From assembly GCF_001194135.2 (NCBI RefSeq), contig NC_068984.1:72817449-72860432 (forward strand): DNA of 42,984 nt. Reading direction: 5' to 3'. The position numbers and the translations under genes were made by a program. This DNA comes from Octopus bimaculoides (taxonomy: Eukaryota). How positions within the stretch are numbered: the stretch's first letter is position 1; every line of letters begins with the position of its first letter. Below the pieces are notes generated by a model that saw only the letters and a list, made by a program, of their open reading frames with translations, did not search any database and was not told the DNA's origin. Below are positions 24,309 to 37,063 of this stretch, piece by piece.

Positions 24309-24515
24309 CATGTGTGTGTGTGTGTATTTGCATGTCTGTGTTTGTCCCCCACTATCGCTTGACAGCCGATGTTGGTGCGTTTACGTCCCCGTAACTTACC
24401 GGTTCGTTCTACTAGGCTTCAAAGAATAAGTCTCGAGGTCGATTTGTACGACTAAAGGCGGTGCTCCAGCATGGCTGCAGTCAAATGATTGAAACAAGTA
24501 AAAGAATAAAAGAAT
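23909..24515 (+). mobile_element. Full-length composite SINE with an expanded internal (TA)n/(TG)n microsatellite and N gap
   Basis: Head gcacaggagtggctgtgtagtaag...ggcaccttcggcaagtgtc; tail aaggcggtgctccagcatggctgcagtcaaatgattgaaacaagtaaaagaataaaagaata. Confidence 0.9.
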
Positions 24516-25717
24516 ATATATATGCATATATTTATTTATATGCATACGCATACATGCCCCTATATATATGTATATATGCATATATGTATATATTACATAA
24601 ATATGTGTGTATGTATATATACAACATATACTTACATCATACACACACACACACAGACACAAATATATATATATGTATATGTACATAACTAACTGTATTA
24701 CTGTATAGACCAGACCAGCGGTTGTTTTTTATACACCGCTGCTCAAAATCGATTCTTCTCACTGTATTAGGTTTCAAATGATATCTCCGCAACGGTTAGG
24801 TAGGCAGAAGAACAAATTTCCCCTGTACGAATATAGGAAGTAGTGCAGTTGGCTAGCTTGAGTTATTCCCTCTGGCACGCATTTTCGTCTTATGAAAATT
24901 GTGCGGGCCAAAATATTTTGTAACTCTGTGTGCACTGATCTAAACAAATCCGAGAACGTTATTATTCATTGAGAATAATTAATAGCACTAAAATATCCTT
25001 CTAAATGTCAAATTCTGTAGCAACAAAGATATCTGTCTTTTAAACATGTGCAGTTCATTGTGTAGTTTGCTAGCAATTGCTACTGTGCTATTGTTCGTTC
25101 TCTTTCTACAACTTAGTTTTTAATTTTGTTGAAAATATTTAGTTTCCATCGTTCAGTACACCTCTTCCTAACTCCCTGCCATTAGCACTCAGTAAATATT
25201 TACTTTTGCTGGCTTTATACGAACACCACCTATATACCCACACGTGTAATTTATGTGTGTGTGAGTGTGAGTGTGATTATTTCCCGCTAAGTACAACTCC
25301 CTGTTGTTATTCATTGGAACCTCTGCATCGGATACTCCTTGTGCGATTAGACGTTTAACCACGACAGTTGATCTTATGCAGTAGATCTTGCGTTATAAAT
25401 ATTTTGCCATCTGTCCCCCTTCAAAGCTTTTATCCTTGTAACTTAATGCAATAACGTGTGTTCCGCTGACGTTCCGTTGTGCTTAAGCATCAAATTGCAC
25501 ATAATACAACCGATTCAGAGTTCCATACAAACAGAGATACGTACGTTGGGAGCAAACATTATAAGCCTGTGCTTATAATAATTTCTTATAGGTGTGTATG
25601 TGTGTTCGTGTGTGTGAGGAGGAGGTAGGGGCGGATGGGTGGTTATGTGTGTGTGTCAGTATGTGTATAAGCGTGGGAATTAATCAGCTACATTTGAAAA
25701 GAGGAAGTATGCGTTAT

Positions 25718-25945
25718 TTAACCCTTTATCATTCAAATTATTTTGTCAAATGTGATGCTTTTCAATTCTCATTGTTTTGAATTTATCATGCATTATCTCA
25801 TAGCTTTAAGATTTCGTTGATATGATTGTTATTTTGTAAAATGTCATTGTAAGGTAGATATAAGAGACTGGATGTGGATGGCTTAAACTTAAAACAGATG
25901 GAATATTTGGGCCTGATATGGCCGGTTTAAATGTTAAAGGGTTAA
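25718..25945. mobile_element. MITE with TTAA target-site duplication (piggyBac-like ends)
   Basis: TTAA|CCCTTTATCATT ... AATGTTAAAGGG|TTAA; TIRs match at 11 of 12 bases; 220-bp non-coding interior. Confidence 0.8.
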
Positions 25946-26734
25946 GTCAGATTGAATTATTATCATTTGATCCTATTTCCATATAGTACTTTCGTTTATT
26001 CGAAGGTCGACAGGATAAGAAGTAAACCATTGCAGCCGATATAATCACTTAAATACTCTAGACCATGGTCTACTAAAATGGCTAAAGTAAATAAATGAAT
26101 AAAACTTAATCATATGAAAGTTCATGAGAATGTAGCAAGATTAGAACGGAGAAGCTTATGGAAAGAGAGATAAAGAGAGGAAGAGAGAGAAAGAGAGAGC
26201 GAGAGAAAGAATGAGAGAGATAAAGAACTTCTCAGACTCACCATCTTCTCATTTACAATTAACTTCATGTTTATTACCAATTTCTTAGATTAGTATATGT
26301 AAAAAAATGATGTATTCAATTCAGTTAAATTTAGTAAATTACATGCGTTTAAAATTTATAAATATTATACAATTGAAAAGTAAATTATTCATAGATTTTA
26401 TCAGAAGTGGACATTTCAAGATTTGTCTACGACATTTTGTCCGCCCCCCCCCACCCCCAGATATTTTCAGTCAAAGTTTTGATGTGTAGCACAAGTACGA
26501 AGTTTTAATGCTCTTAAATGCGGTTACAGTATTAAGAAGTTCGATTTGCAGACACATCTGCTCTGCATTCAATACTACTACACAATAGTTAAGACGTTTG
26601 TGTTATGTTATGGTCTCGTGTCGATTCACATGTTATAATGGGAAATTGTTAATCAGAAACTCCATGGATACCTGCAATACGTGCTAATATTTATATATAT
26701 ACTCTGGTATCTCAATCCCATTCACACACATATT

Positions 26735-26738
26735 CATC

Positions 26739-26803
<65 letters not shown>

Positions 26804-26862
26804 ATATGCTTGCATGTATGTATGTATGTTTGTATGTATGTATGCATGTAGATGTACGTACA
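26735..26862. repeat. (TCTG)(TCTA)n(TATG)n compound microsatellite
   Basis: Read directly. Confidence 0.92.
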
Positions 26863-27297
26863 TTTTAAAAAGTGTGCATTTGAAATTCCGTTAAGGCTGT
26901 CTTATCAGATTTATCGGACAGAATTTTGAGAAATCTGAGGCAGAACAATTGTCATCTTCAGTAAAATAAATTTCAGTTCTAATTCACATATTGTGTTCTC
27001 TGTTTAGTTACATGTTGTTGCTTGCATATAATGTGCCCATCCCGAAGATGTGAGTGTGCATATGTATGAGTGTGCGCGCGCAAGGGCCTGTGTGTATGTG
27101 CGCGCGTGCCTGTGCGTCTTTCATTGGTCTATATCGGCTAATGAGGAAAGCATAAGCGAAAAAGTAAACAAGCTGGCATTTCAGAATAAAAATAAATATC
27201 TGTGGTACATGCTTCTTCTGAGTTGCGCAAATGCTTCCTTGTCATATTTTCACCACAAATATTGTGTACAAAGAGTTGATCAATTAGGAGCCACCAA

Positions 27298-27334
27298 CCA
27301 ATGACGCTAGTGTTGACAATATGCGGTATAAAAG
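27298..27334 (+). promoter_or_regulatory. Possible core promoter: CCAAT, TGACG half-site, TATAAAAG
   Basis: CCAAT 27298-27302, TGACG 27302-27306, TATAAAAG 27327-27334, then a donor at 27364 and a strong acceptor at 27628. Motifs only. Confidence 0.25.
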
Positions 27335-27759
27335 AAACAGCCAGAATACAGTTGTATGGAACGGTAAATTGCTTCGAGACAAACCGAAACCATACCACAA
27401 TCAACCACCGAATATTTTCTTTCATTTATAGTTTCTCTCACCATATTCTCTACAAATGTAATTTTAAAATGTAAAATGAGAAAAGAATAACAATATAAAG
27501 CTTAATTTCTAACACACAGAGAGGTGAATGTGCGGTAAGGTGAATGCAGAACTAAAAATGGAAAAAAAGAAAAATAGTACGGAAAATCTGAGAAGAAGAA
27601 TTATTTCGGCTTCTTTTGTATCTTTCAGACACTGGAGTGCATTAGAAATTCTAAATCACAGTCGCAGGATTGGATATCGCGAACAGAAGTCATGAAAATT
27701 ATTTTGATAATAAAAGGAAGAGAATTGAAAATAATTTGCATAGAATTTGAAAATGGAAG

Positions 27760-28085
27760 TGGTTGCGGAGCTAATGCTTGTGATAATTACGGTGGTGGTT
27801 ATTGTGGTGCTAGTCGTAATGATAGCGGTGTTGCAAACGATGGGATGAGCGGAGGTTGCAGCGGTTGCGATAATTATTTTATTAGTGAGCTGTGGTAATG
27901 GTGTTGACTAAATGAAATACTAGTAGAGACAGTAATCGTAATAGTAATGTTGGTGGTGTAGTAGTGATGATGATTAAAGATGAAATGTCCATAGCGAATG
28001 TAATGAGATTCGTGATGACGGCGGTGATCATACTCGCTACAAGGGCACCAGTGTTTCTGGTGGAGTTTACGATGGTGTTATGAGA
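27760..28085 (-). other. Second degenerate Thr-rich (minus) / Gly-Val-rich (plus) low-complexity tract
   Basis: Mixed GGT/GTA/GAT/GCG triplets on the plus strand; no clean tandem unit. Confidence 0.45.
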
Positions 28086-28196
28086 AAAACGGAGGCTTAC
28101 AGTGATCGCTAATGCATCGGCGTAAATATATCCAGTCTCTATATGTATGTATGCATGTATGTATGTACGTATGTATGTATGTATGTACGTATGTAT

Positions 28197-28229
<33 letters not shown>

Positions 28230-28998
28230 NNNNNNNNNNNNNNNNNNNNNNNNNNNNNNNNNNNNNNNNNNNNNNNNNNNNNNNNNNNNNNNNNNNNNNN
28301 NNNNNNNNNNNNNNNNNNNNNNNNNNNNNNNNNNNNNNNNNNNNNNNNNNNNNNNNNNNNNNNNNNNNNNNNNNNNNNNNNNNNNNNNNNNNNNNNNNNN
28401 NNNNNNNNNNNNNNNNNNNNNNNNNNNNNNNNNNNNNNNNNNNNNNNNNNNNNNNNNNNNNNNNNNNNNNNNNNNNNNNNNNNNNNNNNNNNNNNNNNNN
28501 NNNNNNNNNNNNNNNNNNNNNNNNNNNNNNNNNNNNNNNNNNNNNNNNNNNNNNNNNNNNNNNNNNNNNNNNNNNNNNNNNNNNNNNNNNNNNNNNNNNN
28601 NNNNNNNNNNNNNNNNNNNNNNNNNNNNNNNNNNNNNNNNNNNNNNNNNNNNNNNNNNNNNNNNNNNNNNNNNNNNNNNNNNNNNNNNNNNNNNNNNNNN
28701 NNNNNNNNNNNNNNNNNNNNNNNNNNNNNNNNNNNNNNNNNNNNNNNNNNNNNNNNNNNNNGACTCTGGATGATCTAACTCCCAAATTTATAGTTGAAAG
28801 CTACAGCAACTACCGATGTAAACGGCCCTGTATTGTACCAACAATCCCGCATTCTCCATTTAGAATAAGGAGTCAATATTATAACAGTTTTGGTTATGTT
28901 TCAAGGGCCAGAACCACTCATCATTCTGCCGCTGAAATCTACGCGATGTAGATGTGCAGGCCTTCAGAGAGTGTCTCGACAGAGTTTTTTTTTTTTAA

Positions 28999-29166
28999 TC
29001 TGAGATACTAGATGAACCCACATCACAGCAGGAGGCACAAAGAAGAGCAGCTTCGTCAAAATCGTCACTTCATCAGAACCAGTAGAGGAAAGAAAGCCGG
29101 TCACACTGAAACACGTTGCTCCAGCATGGCCTTAGCCTCTTGTTGAAAGCAGTAGAAGATAAGAGC
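28999..29166 (+). mobile_element. LINE 3' end (same family as 11157-11445)
   Basis: Reads SEILDEPTSQQEAQRRAASSKSSLHQ, then tail gttgctccagcatggccttagcc...gaaagcagtagaagataagag. Confidence 0.7.
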
Positions 29167-30178
29167 TAAAAATAGTCATGTGAATACTGCCATGCACACA
29201 CATATTCATTTCATGTCTTTTATTTTCATGTGCTGCTAAAGAACGCTCTATATCCTGTGATAAGCGTTTATTTATTTGATTTTACGATGCATGTAGTTAG
29301 ACTTAAATGTGATTTCAAATTCGTAATTATGTTATCGCTATTGATTTGTCGTGGCCGATTTATTCAACTTAACTGAAATAAAAATAATGTCGTTTGTTGA
29401 TTTAAATACGTGCAGACTAATTTTCACTTCATTAGCCTCAACTATTCAATGCATCGCCATCTTTTACCTGTAAATTCTCAGACGCGTGTCGACATCCATG
29501 CCTCCGTGTGTGTCTGTGTGTTCGTCGGCAAACATCTGTATGTGCCTGTGTGCGTGGTCGCATGCGTGCATGCGTATGTGCGTATGTGTGTGTGCGTTTG
29601 GGTCTGTGTGTTTGGGAGTGTGTGTGTTGCGTATGTGTGCGTTCGTTACATTACACATTTTGTCAACTAAATTCTATTCATATATCGAACGAACAAACCG
29701 CTATCCTAAACTGCGAAGTGTGATAAGGCATTGAATTAGCTTGGTCAAAAAGAGGGCATCTCTAACTCAGTGATATTTCTGCTACATACATACATACATA
29801 CATACATACGTATATAGACACATATAAAATATGTATAGATACACACAAAGACACACACGCATACACACTCGTGCGCGCGCACGCACACACACAGACATAT
29901 ATAGAGAGAGAGGTGCTTTCTGATGTGTTTACGTTGAGTGTTCGTATCTCACCTTAGTGTTTGATCTGTCCGGTCCCGTTCAAATAATGACTTTAATGTT
30001 AATAAACTAAAGTTATGGCGAACTATGTACATGAAAATTATTTATTAATATGATTAATGCGGTAGCTGAGTATTATTAAATGAATCAAAGATAAAATGAG
30101 TACCTGTTGGCGTCGATATAATTCTCCAAAATTACTGAATCTTTATCTTTGAAAGAAAACTTCATGATGATTATTTAA

Positions 30179-30620
30179 GGACATCTGCCTAACCAGATGT
30201 TTCCGAGTTCAATCCCACTGCGTGGCACCTCGAGTAGGTGTCTTTTATTATAGACTCGGGTCGAACAGAACCTTGTAAGTGGATTTAATTCACAAAAACT
30301 AGACGAAGCAAGTCATACATACATATACACACACACGCGCATACACACGCACATACATATACAAACACACGCACACACACATATATGTATATATATATAT
30401 TTAGGTATTATGTATTTCTATTTATTTAGCCCCAACCACCCCTTAACCTGTGTTTGTTTACGTCCTCGTAATCTAGCGGTTCGGCATAGGAAACTGATGG
30501 AATAAATATCAGGTTTACAAATGAAAAAAAAAAATTAAGGGTTCGGTCTTTTGGAGTAAAACCTTTCCAGGTGGTGATCCAGCTTGGCCTTAGCCCAATG
30601 ACTGAAACACGCAAAAGATA
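30179..30620 (+). mobile_element. Composite SINE (5' end eroded) with internal (CA/TA)n
   Basis: ccgagttcaatcccactgcgtggcacctcgag... head and ggtggtgatccagcttggccttagcccaatgactgaaac tail. Confidence 0.82.
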
Positions 30621-33156
30621 TTGGTATAAAAAGCACAACTTTCGCGCGTGAGAGGATCGATTAATAAATTTTCCACGCCAATTTTACTTGGTGTAGAGCA
30701 ATATTGCTAAGCGTCAGAGGTATTTGTAGTTATAAGCTCTCTTGGTGTATCCTAGCCGGGGATTTTCTTAACACTTTGTGAGGAGGGGGACAATTGTTTG
30801 TGTGTTTTAGATGTTTAACATGCTTTGACGATCTATTAAGATTTTCCCCACCCTCTCCTTACTATGCATATTCCCGCATGGTTTTAAAATAACTCTGTAT
30901 GGCATGTTTCTGCATTATTATATATACACCATAACGAAATTTTAATTATTATGGTTAATATTGCCCTGATCATTGATGTTGCATTTTAGACTACGTTACA
31001 GTTGTTCATTTTTGTTTTTCTTTATTGTCATTTGTTTTTCACTGTTTTTGTTTTGTTGTTTCTATGCGACAACATTTGTGACACGTGAAAACAGTATCGA
31101 CCAGAACATAAAATGAAATCTAACAAAGAAAATTGTCAATTATAATTTTCTGTGAAAAAAAAAGTTTTTTAATTTGTTACTCGATACTAAAAAAATGGAT
31201 AACGTGACTAGAATACAATCATTAGAATCGATGATGGTTTTCATTTATTATACGAGTTTATCTTTTTATTAACGCCAAGCTAGCCAGGTATATTACATCA
31301 ACAAATTACTGCTAATACTTTAAACAGTTTAAAATATTCTAATAGTAAAACACTGCACTGTGATATAAACAATATAACGGACATTATGAAGACATCAGTA
31401 AAGCCTCAAAGTCTAAGACCAGGATTGTATACAGATATCCTGACGTCTGCGTATCAATGTATGCATTTAATTATTTCGTCTAGTGTTTCATTTACGGATG
31501 TTTCTCTTGTATATTTTAACTGTGTGTTGAGATGACAGAGACAATAGAGCGTCAGAATTGACGCTTTGAATGCATTCAGTTAATTTCACTTTCTCTGATT
31601 TATACATACGTACACACACATATACATACGTATACATAAGGTCCTGTGTGCATGTATACACACATATACAATACGTGTATATCTATTGGTATTTATAAGC
31701 ACCTCTTAATGTATGGGTTAATCGAAGTTTGATAATATCCGGTTTCGCACCGAATATCAATCATCAAACTGGCAAATAATGTAATCCTTCTATTCTGTAT
31801 TTGGGTTCAGGGAGGAAATTCGCTTTCTTTTGTAGCATTCAAAGTATTCTAGAAAAAATTTAATTAGGCAGAATCACAAAATGCTGGCCACGAATGTAAC
31901 CGATTAATTTATTGATTACATCCGAAAAATTCTAAGGAGTACACCACTCGGTTCGAAACCTAAGAATGACAAATCTTGTATAACCCACAAATAATACTGT
32001 TACCAGAAAATATATCGGTTTTCAGAAAACCGGAATTGCCAAAATCCAGCCACTCGGTTGCTTTGTTTATTATTCATGGTGTACACGTTGGATATTTCCT
32101 TAGAGAAGACATCTGCTGTATGCATTTACCTGCACTATATCTATGGGATTATTTGCCACAAGTAATTGTTATTTTCATTTAATACATTGTGTAGAATGTA
32201 AATGGTTTGTAGATTGCAAAAAGAATGTCGCGGATATATTGTAAAAATAAAGTTATTTTAGCTTTTGATAATATTTAAAAACGGTAGGCCTCCGTTTCGT
32301 ATACGTAAAATGCAGTTTTACTTTCACTATGCTGTTTATGTTTATATATTTTAAAGATTATTTCGTACTTAGTGGGTAGGTGCATCTTCATGAAATAAAC
32401 GTATATAACATTTTCATGAAATAAACGTATATAACAGAATACATACATAAATTAATAGGTATAATCAATTAGTGTTCTAAGTTCACTTGCAGCCTAAACT
32501 TCTAGCTTAAACTACAAGAGCAAGGACGTAATATAATGATCGTATTTTAGGGGACGATCACAAAAAAAAAAAAAAATCAAAAAGAACAAAACAAATAAGA
32601 AATGCAGATAGAATCTTTATTCGTCATTGTTTATGCTTTTAAAGGGAGTGAATGAAGATTTTAATATACATTTCCTGTTCCAAGAATATATGAAGCCTTG
32701 CAGCAGAAAAGCGAAAAAAAATCAAAGAAACTGAGTGGCATCAAGTGCAAAGCTTGTTGAATAAGTTATCGTGACGTTGTTGCAGATATTATAAGCTCCT
32801 CTAAACTCATTTTAGTGATTGTGCTTCTAAACAATGATTGATCATTCATTTTACAGTATTTGTTTTTGTTTTATTTCTCAACGACGCCAAATGGAAAAGA
32901 TCCAACTCTATATGCATTTATACATACGCCAAACGCTCCATATAAAATTAGTTTCAATAAAATATATAACCAGTAAAATGACTGAGTGCTCATTTATTCA
33001 GCACAATTTAACGTGTGTGTGCGTGTGTGTGTATGTGTGTGCGCGTGCGTGTGGATCTGTGTGTCTGTGCGTGCGCTCGGTATGTCTCTGCACATACATT
33101 TGTGCACATATATTTATATAAAAATTGACAGAAAGATAGAAAGATAGTTAGACAGG

Positions 33157-33164
<8 letters not shown>

Positions 33165-33192
<28 letters not shown>

Positions 33193-33202
33193 AATGTGTG
33201 CG

Positions 33203-33242
<40 letters not shown>

Positions 33243-33260
33243 ATGGATATAGAGATAGTG

Positions 33261-33322
<62 letters not shown>
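33165..33322. repeat. (TG)n-(GA)n-(GATA)n compound microsatellite
   Basis: Read directly. Confidence 0.93.
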
Positions 33323-33324
<2 letters not shown>

Positions 33325-34059
33325 GTAGGCAATAGGTAAGTATGATCCAAAGACCCCGGTGTAAGAAGTTAGGCAGCTTTGAGCATGGACGTAATGTAGC
33401 TAGTGTAGAGGACATAGAAGACATGTAGCTAGATACGATAAAACAAATTCATTAACATCGTAAGCTATTTATTTCGTCTAATATTGAAATCAAAGGAAGT
33501 TTTTGATTTGCTGAAATTCATCATACAAATAAAATAAAAATACAATAGAATTTCTAAAAATGCGAGTAAAAATCCGCGATTGGAACAAATGGAACAGGTA
33601 AAACATGTATTACTATTTTTTCACAGTTAACATAATGTTTGTTACATAATCGGTAACATACATAGAACAAGCTTATCTAATTTGTTTGTCCTATTACCTA
33701 CATGTTGCCTACGATATCGCGGTAGAGATGAAAATGAATGATCAAACTAGCCACGACACGAATGACAATCTGAAAATGAGGAAGAAAACAAAACAAAATC
33801 GTAATTAAATGACCAATGAAAGTAATAGTTAGTGCATAGGTTGCCCTAAAAGAGAACAAGATGGGCGTGTTTATAGATGTTATTAAGTCGAAGGAGAAAG
33901 ATGCCACCATCACGTCATCATCATAGACCTCGTCATCATCATAATCATCCATCTAGTCATTGAAAGCATTGTCATCTCAAATGGCTTTTATTGTCGCTTC
34001 TATAAAGTCCTTCGCTCCTTATTAGAAGTTGCTTATATACTACTTTATTCCAAACTCAC

Positions 34060-34212
34060 CCGGGTCCTGCACTAGATATACTTAGTCTTTCCTTTCCCGA
34101 TTGTTTTTCCTCTGAAACATCATTCTCGACAATTGTCTTTCCTGCATTCAGGAAAATCATTTCTTATTGCATTAAGGACAGGTTGTACGAATGGAACGAT
34201 CTCAAGTGGATT
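34060..34212 (-). other. Candidate exon (153 nt)
   Basis: Acceptor ...aatatatcttag preceded by a pyrimidine-rich tract; strong donor GG|gtgagt. Confidence 0.4.
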
Positions 34213-34764
34213 CTAAGATATATTATTAAACAATCACAACAAAGAAAACTATTTTTATGTATTCGTCATTCACTACCTCATACGTTCCTTGAATAAATGT
34301 ATTACATATCACTTTTAAACTCAGTCGCACAACCAAACACTCACACACAAGCGCACACGTAAACCCATACACTCTCATACTCCAGAATTTCAGATCACAC
34401 ACACAATCATTCATTCACGTATCTGTTCCTTTTTACAGGTACCGTATATAGTGGGACAATGTTCTCACATCTGGGACAGTGTTACTGTCGTTACATAACC
34501 AGACATTACTGTCCACATCCCAAGCATGCCCACTAGACTCCTCACCACAATGCTGCCCTCTATAGGCATCTTCTTCCACTCCTCTCAGAGTTATCTATTT
34601 TGTTTCAACTGTAGTAAGATACACCTGCATCGCCTGTTCCCGCTCTGTAGTCATATTGAATCGAGTTTCCTTTCTCTATACAACATCGGCTCACTGGATA
34701 TTAACTCTCTAGAATCAGAATTAGCTTCATCTCTGTTACGTTCTTTGGGTATTCGATGAACTCT

Positions 34765-34867
34765 GTCAGTCAGTCAGTCAGTCAGTCAGTCAGTCAATCA
34801 GTCAGTCAGTCAGTCAGTCAGTCAGTCAGTCAGTCAGTTACTCACTCACTCACTCACTCACTCACTC
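34765..34867. repeat. (TCAG)n followed by (ACTC)n microsatellite
   Basis: Read directly. Confidence 0.95.
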
Positions 34868-35232
34868 AGAAGATCACAATAATACTTATTTGAACGCTCA
34901 GAAAGATACACACTCACACACACATGCACACTCCCTCCCCCATCTCTCTCTCCCTCTCTCTCTAACACACACACGCAGACCCACAACATACACACATACG
35001 ACATACGCTGGTATTCTAACTTCTCTTTCATCCTTAATATCAATCGAAAATCCTTGAATATCATAGATGTTTTGAAGATCTGCGTTGAAAAATATAGCTG
35101 CCGTTACTTATTGACATTTGTCAATGAGTAATGGCACACAAAGAAAGTTGAATAAAATATGTATTGACTACAAGTATTGACTATACGGAACAACGTTTAC
35201 GTGATGTGCGTAAATAAATTTAAATAAAGTAA

Positions 35233-35370
35233 CTCTGGTATATCAACCTGGTAATTGCTTTACCATCCCAGGGGCTGGTAAATGCAAGACAGGATTTGAG
35301 CTAAGATCGTAAACGGAAGATATATAACACTACAATGAATTATTTACTTCGGTGCTGAACCTATTTCTTT
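35233..35370 (-). mobile_element. Highly decayed Nin/Deu-like SINE fragment
   Basis: ctggtaattgctttaccatccc...gatttgagctaagatcgtaaacggaag resembles the reverse complement of the 5809 family. Confidence 0.4.
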
Positions 35371-35416
35371 TAATTACTTGCTTTGCTTGTGCGTTTTCCT
35401 TGTGAAACTGGTAAAA

Positions 35417-35448
<32 letters not shown>

Positions 35449-36175
35449 ATTCATAAATTGACAACAACATTGAAAGAAATACACTTATTCAATTTGGCCA
35501 TTGAATTTCTTTAAAATATTGTAAAACATTCAATAATTGTCCATACATGAAAGCTATCATTGTCATTGAAATTCCTGTGAGAGAGAATACAGTATTAGCT
35601 GTCTTCTGAATGCTAATCCACATTAATGTTTCAAACTGCTAAGACGATAATGAAAAAGGAAATATCTCATTAGTGAATGGCTAATCAGATCATTTCAAAG
35701 TAGATGGACCAACAGACATTATCTAGAGAGAAGTGACACAAGAATTATAATAAAATGCTATGTTGCTTTGTATACATAGAAGATTGGTGGTATGTTGCCA
35801 GCTATTTGAGAAGTCGATGCACTCTAGATATTTTTTTTAGCTACATTTAATTATCTATTATATATGCGATTTTTGGTTGAAGATTGAAAAATAACCTTGG
35901 GCATGAACATACAATAGCAATTTATAAGATGGCTGCTTTCAGTGACAAGCCAAGGTCCTGTATGTAAAGAATATATTTCAGTGAAGCCTAGTTTGATTTT
36001 TACGAATTTGTTGTATTCTGAATCAGCCAATAAAATTCCACAAATTGAAAATTAACGTATTAATTTTGATGCAGCTATCAATTCTGATAATTGAACTGCA
36101 GAAGTCGAACCTCAGAAATTGCTATTTATTCACTTCAATAAAAAAAGCAGTTAAATAGACGAAATGGCCATGAAT

Positions 36176-37063
36176 ATACAGGCTGTTCGGAATAAATTTG
36201 ACGACATTTTATGTCTCCATTTTTCAGGTGAACAATTAACGGTGTTGGAGAGCATAAAGATTATGGTTGCAGTTGAGAAAAAGTTAGCCGACATGGAGGA
36301 TTGGAAGCCATTTGAATATAGATAAAAGAGTTAACTGTAATATGATGATTATCACCGGGTATTAACACACCGATAGCTGAATGCGACTCAATGGTCTGTG
36401 TACACCCTAACGGCGATAAGATGCTAAATGGACCATCATGAAAGACACATTCTCAAAACTGTGATGGTCTTTGGGTGTATCTCTAATGAATTGGAAGCCA
36501 TACCACACCATATCTTTGAACAGGGTCTCAGGCTCAATTCAGACAGCTTTATGATGCTGCTGGAGATTGTGTTCAAACCCCGACTGGAGAGTGTTGCTGT
36601 TGAATGACTATATATGTGGAAGCAGGTTTCGGATCCTTGCATCACCTCAGGAAAGAGTCACAAGTGGTTGCTGGAGAAATTCTACGCCTACTGCAGCCCC
36701 AACTCCTAGTTTCCTAATCCCCTCGATTGTAATCCTTCAACTGCTAAATGTGAGGCGTGTTTGAGAAAAAAAAACATCAACCGTTCGGCCTGGAACAGCA
36801 AGAACGACCTGGTGGTCAAGATCATGAAGGTGTTCGAAGATAATTCTATGGAGAAAAAAATGAAGAACTCATGCACCAGGTTCAGGAGCTGTTTTGAAGC
36901 CGTAATGGATGCTAAGGACAGCTACTTTTATGTCAATTGTTACCTCCAAGCTATAATGAAGTTGATGTATTTTGATTTTTTAAAAGTGCCTTTATCTTTG
37001 GATGAGATATTGTGTTTTTCTTTAATTTAATCAATCAATTTTAAAACAAACACTTCGTATACA
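36176..37063 (+). mobile_element. Tc1/mariner-superfamily maT (DD37D-type) transposon, deletion derivative
   Basis: Reads TVMVFGCISNE..IPHHIFEQGLRLNSD...MWKQVSDPCITSGKSHKWL...SPNS*FPNPLDCNP...CTRFRSCFEAVMDA. Spacing from the second-D position to the post-NP position is 37. Degenerate TIRs: tatacaggctgttcggaataaatttg versus reverse complement tatacgaagtgtttgttttaaaattg. Confidence 0.85.

Noticed and set aside
25558-26082. Short hairpin ATTATAAGC-ctgt-GCTTATAAT (25558) and palindrome TAGACCATGGTCTA (26069)
   Set aside because: Short and AT-rich; plausible by chance in 43 kb.
30740-31300. Possible Helitron/hAT-type non-autonomous element
   Set aside because: No clear termini, hairpin plus CTAG end, or target duplication could be defined.
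32387-32436. Exact tandem duplication of ttcatgaaataaacgtatataaca
   Set aside because: Simple two-copy slippage duplication with no further structure.
34700-34760. Minus-strand EFIEYPKNVTE resembling the start of an Ig I-set domain
   Set aside because: Stop within 10 codons, no conserved Cys/Trp, and no acceptor.
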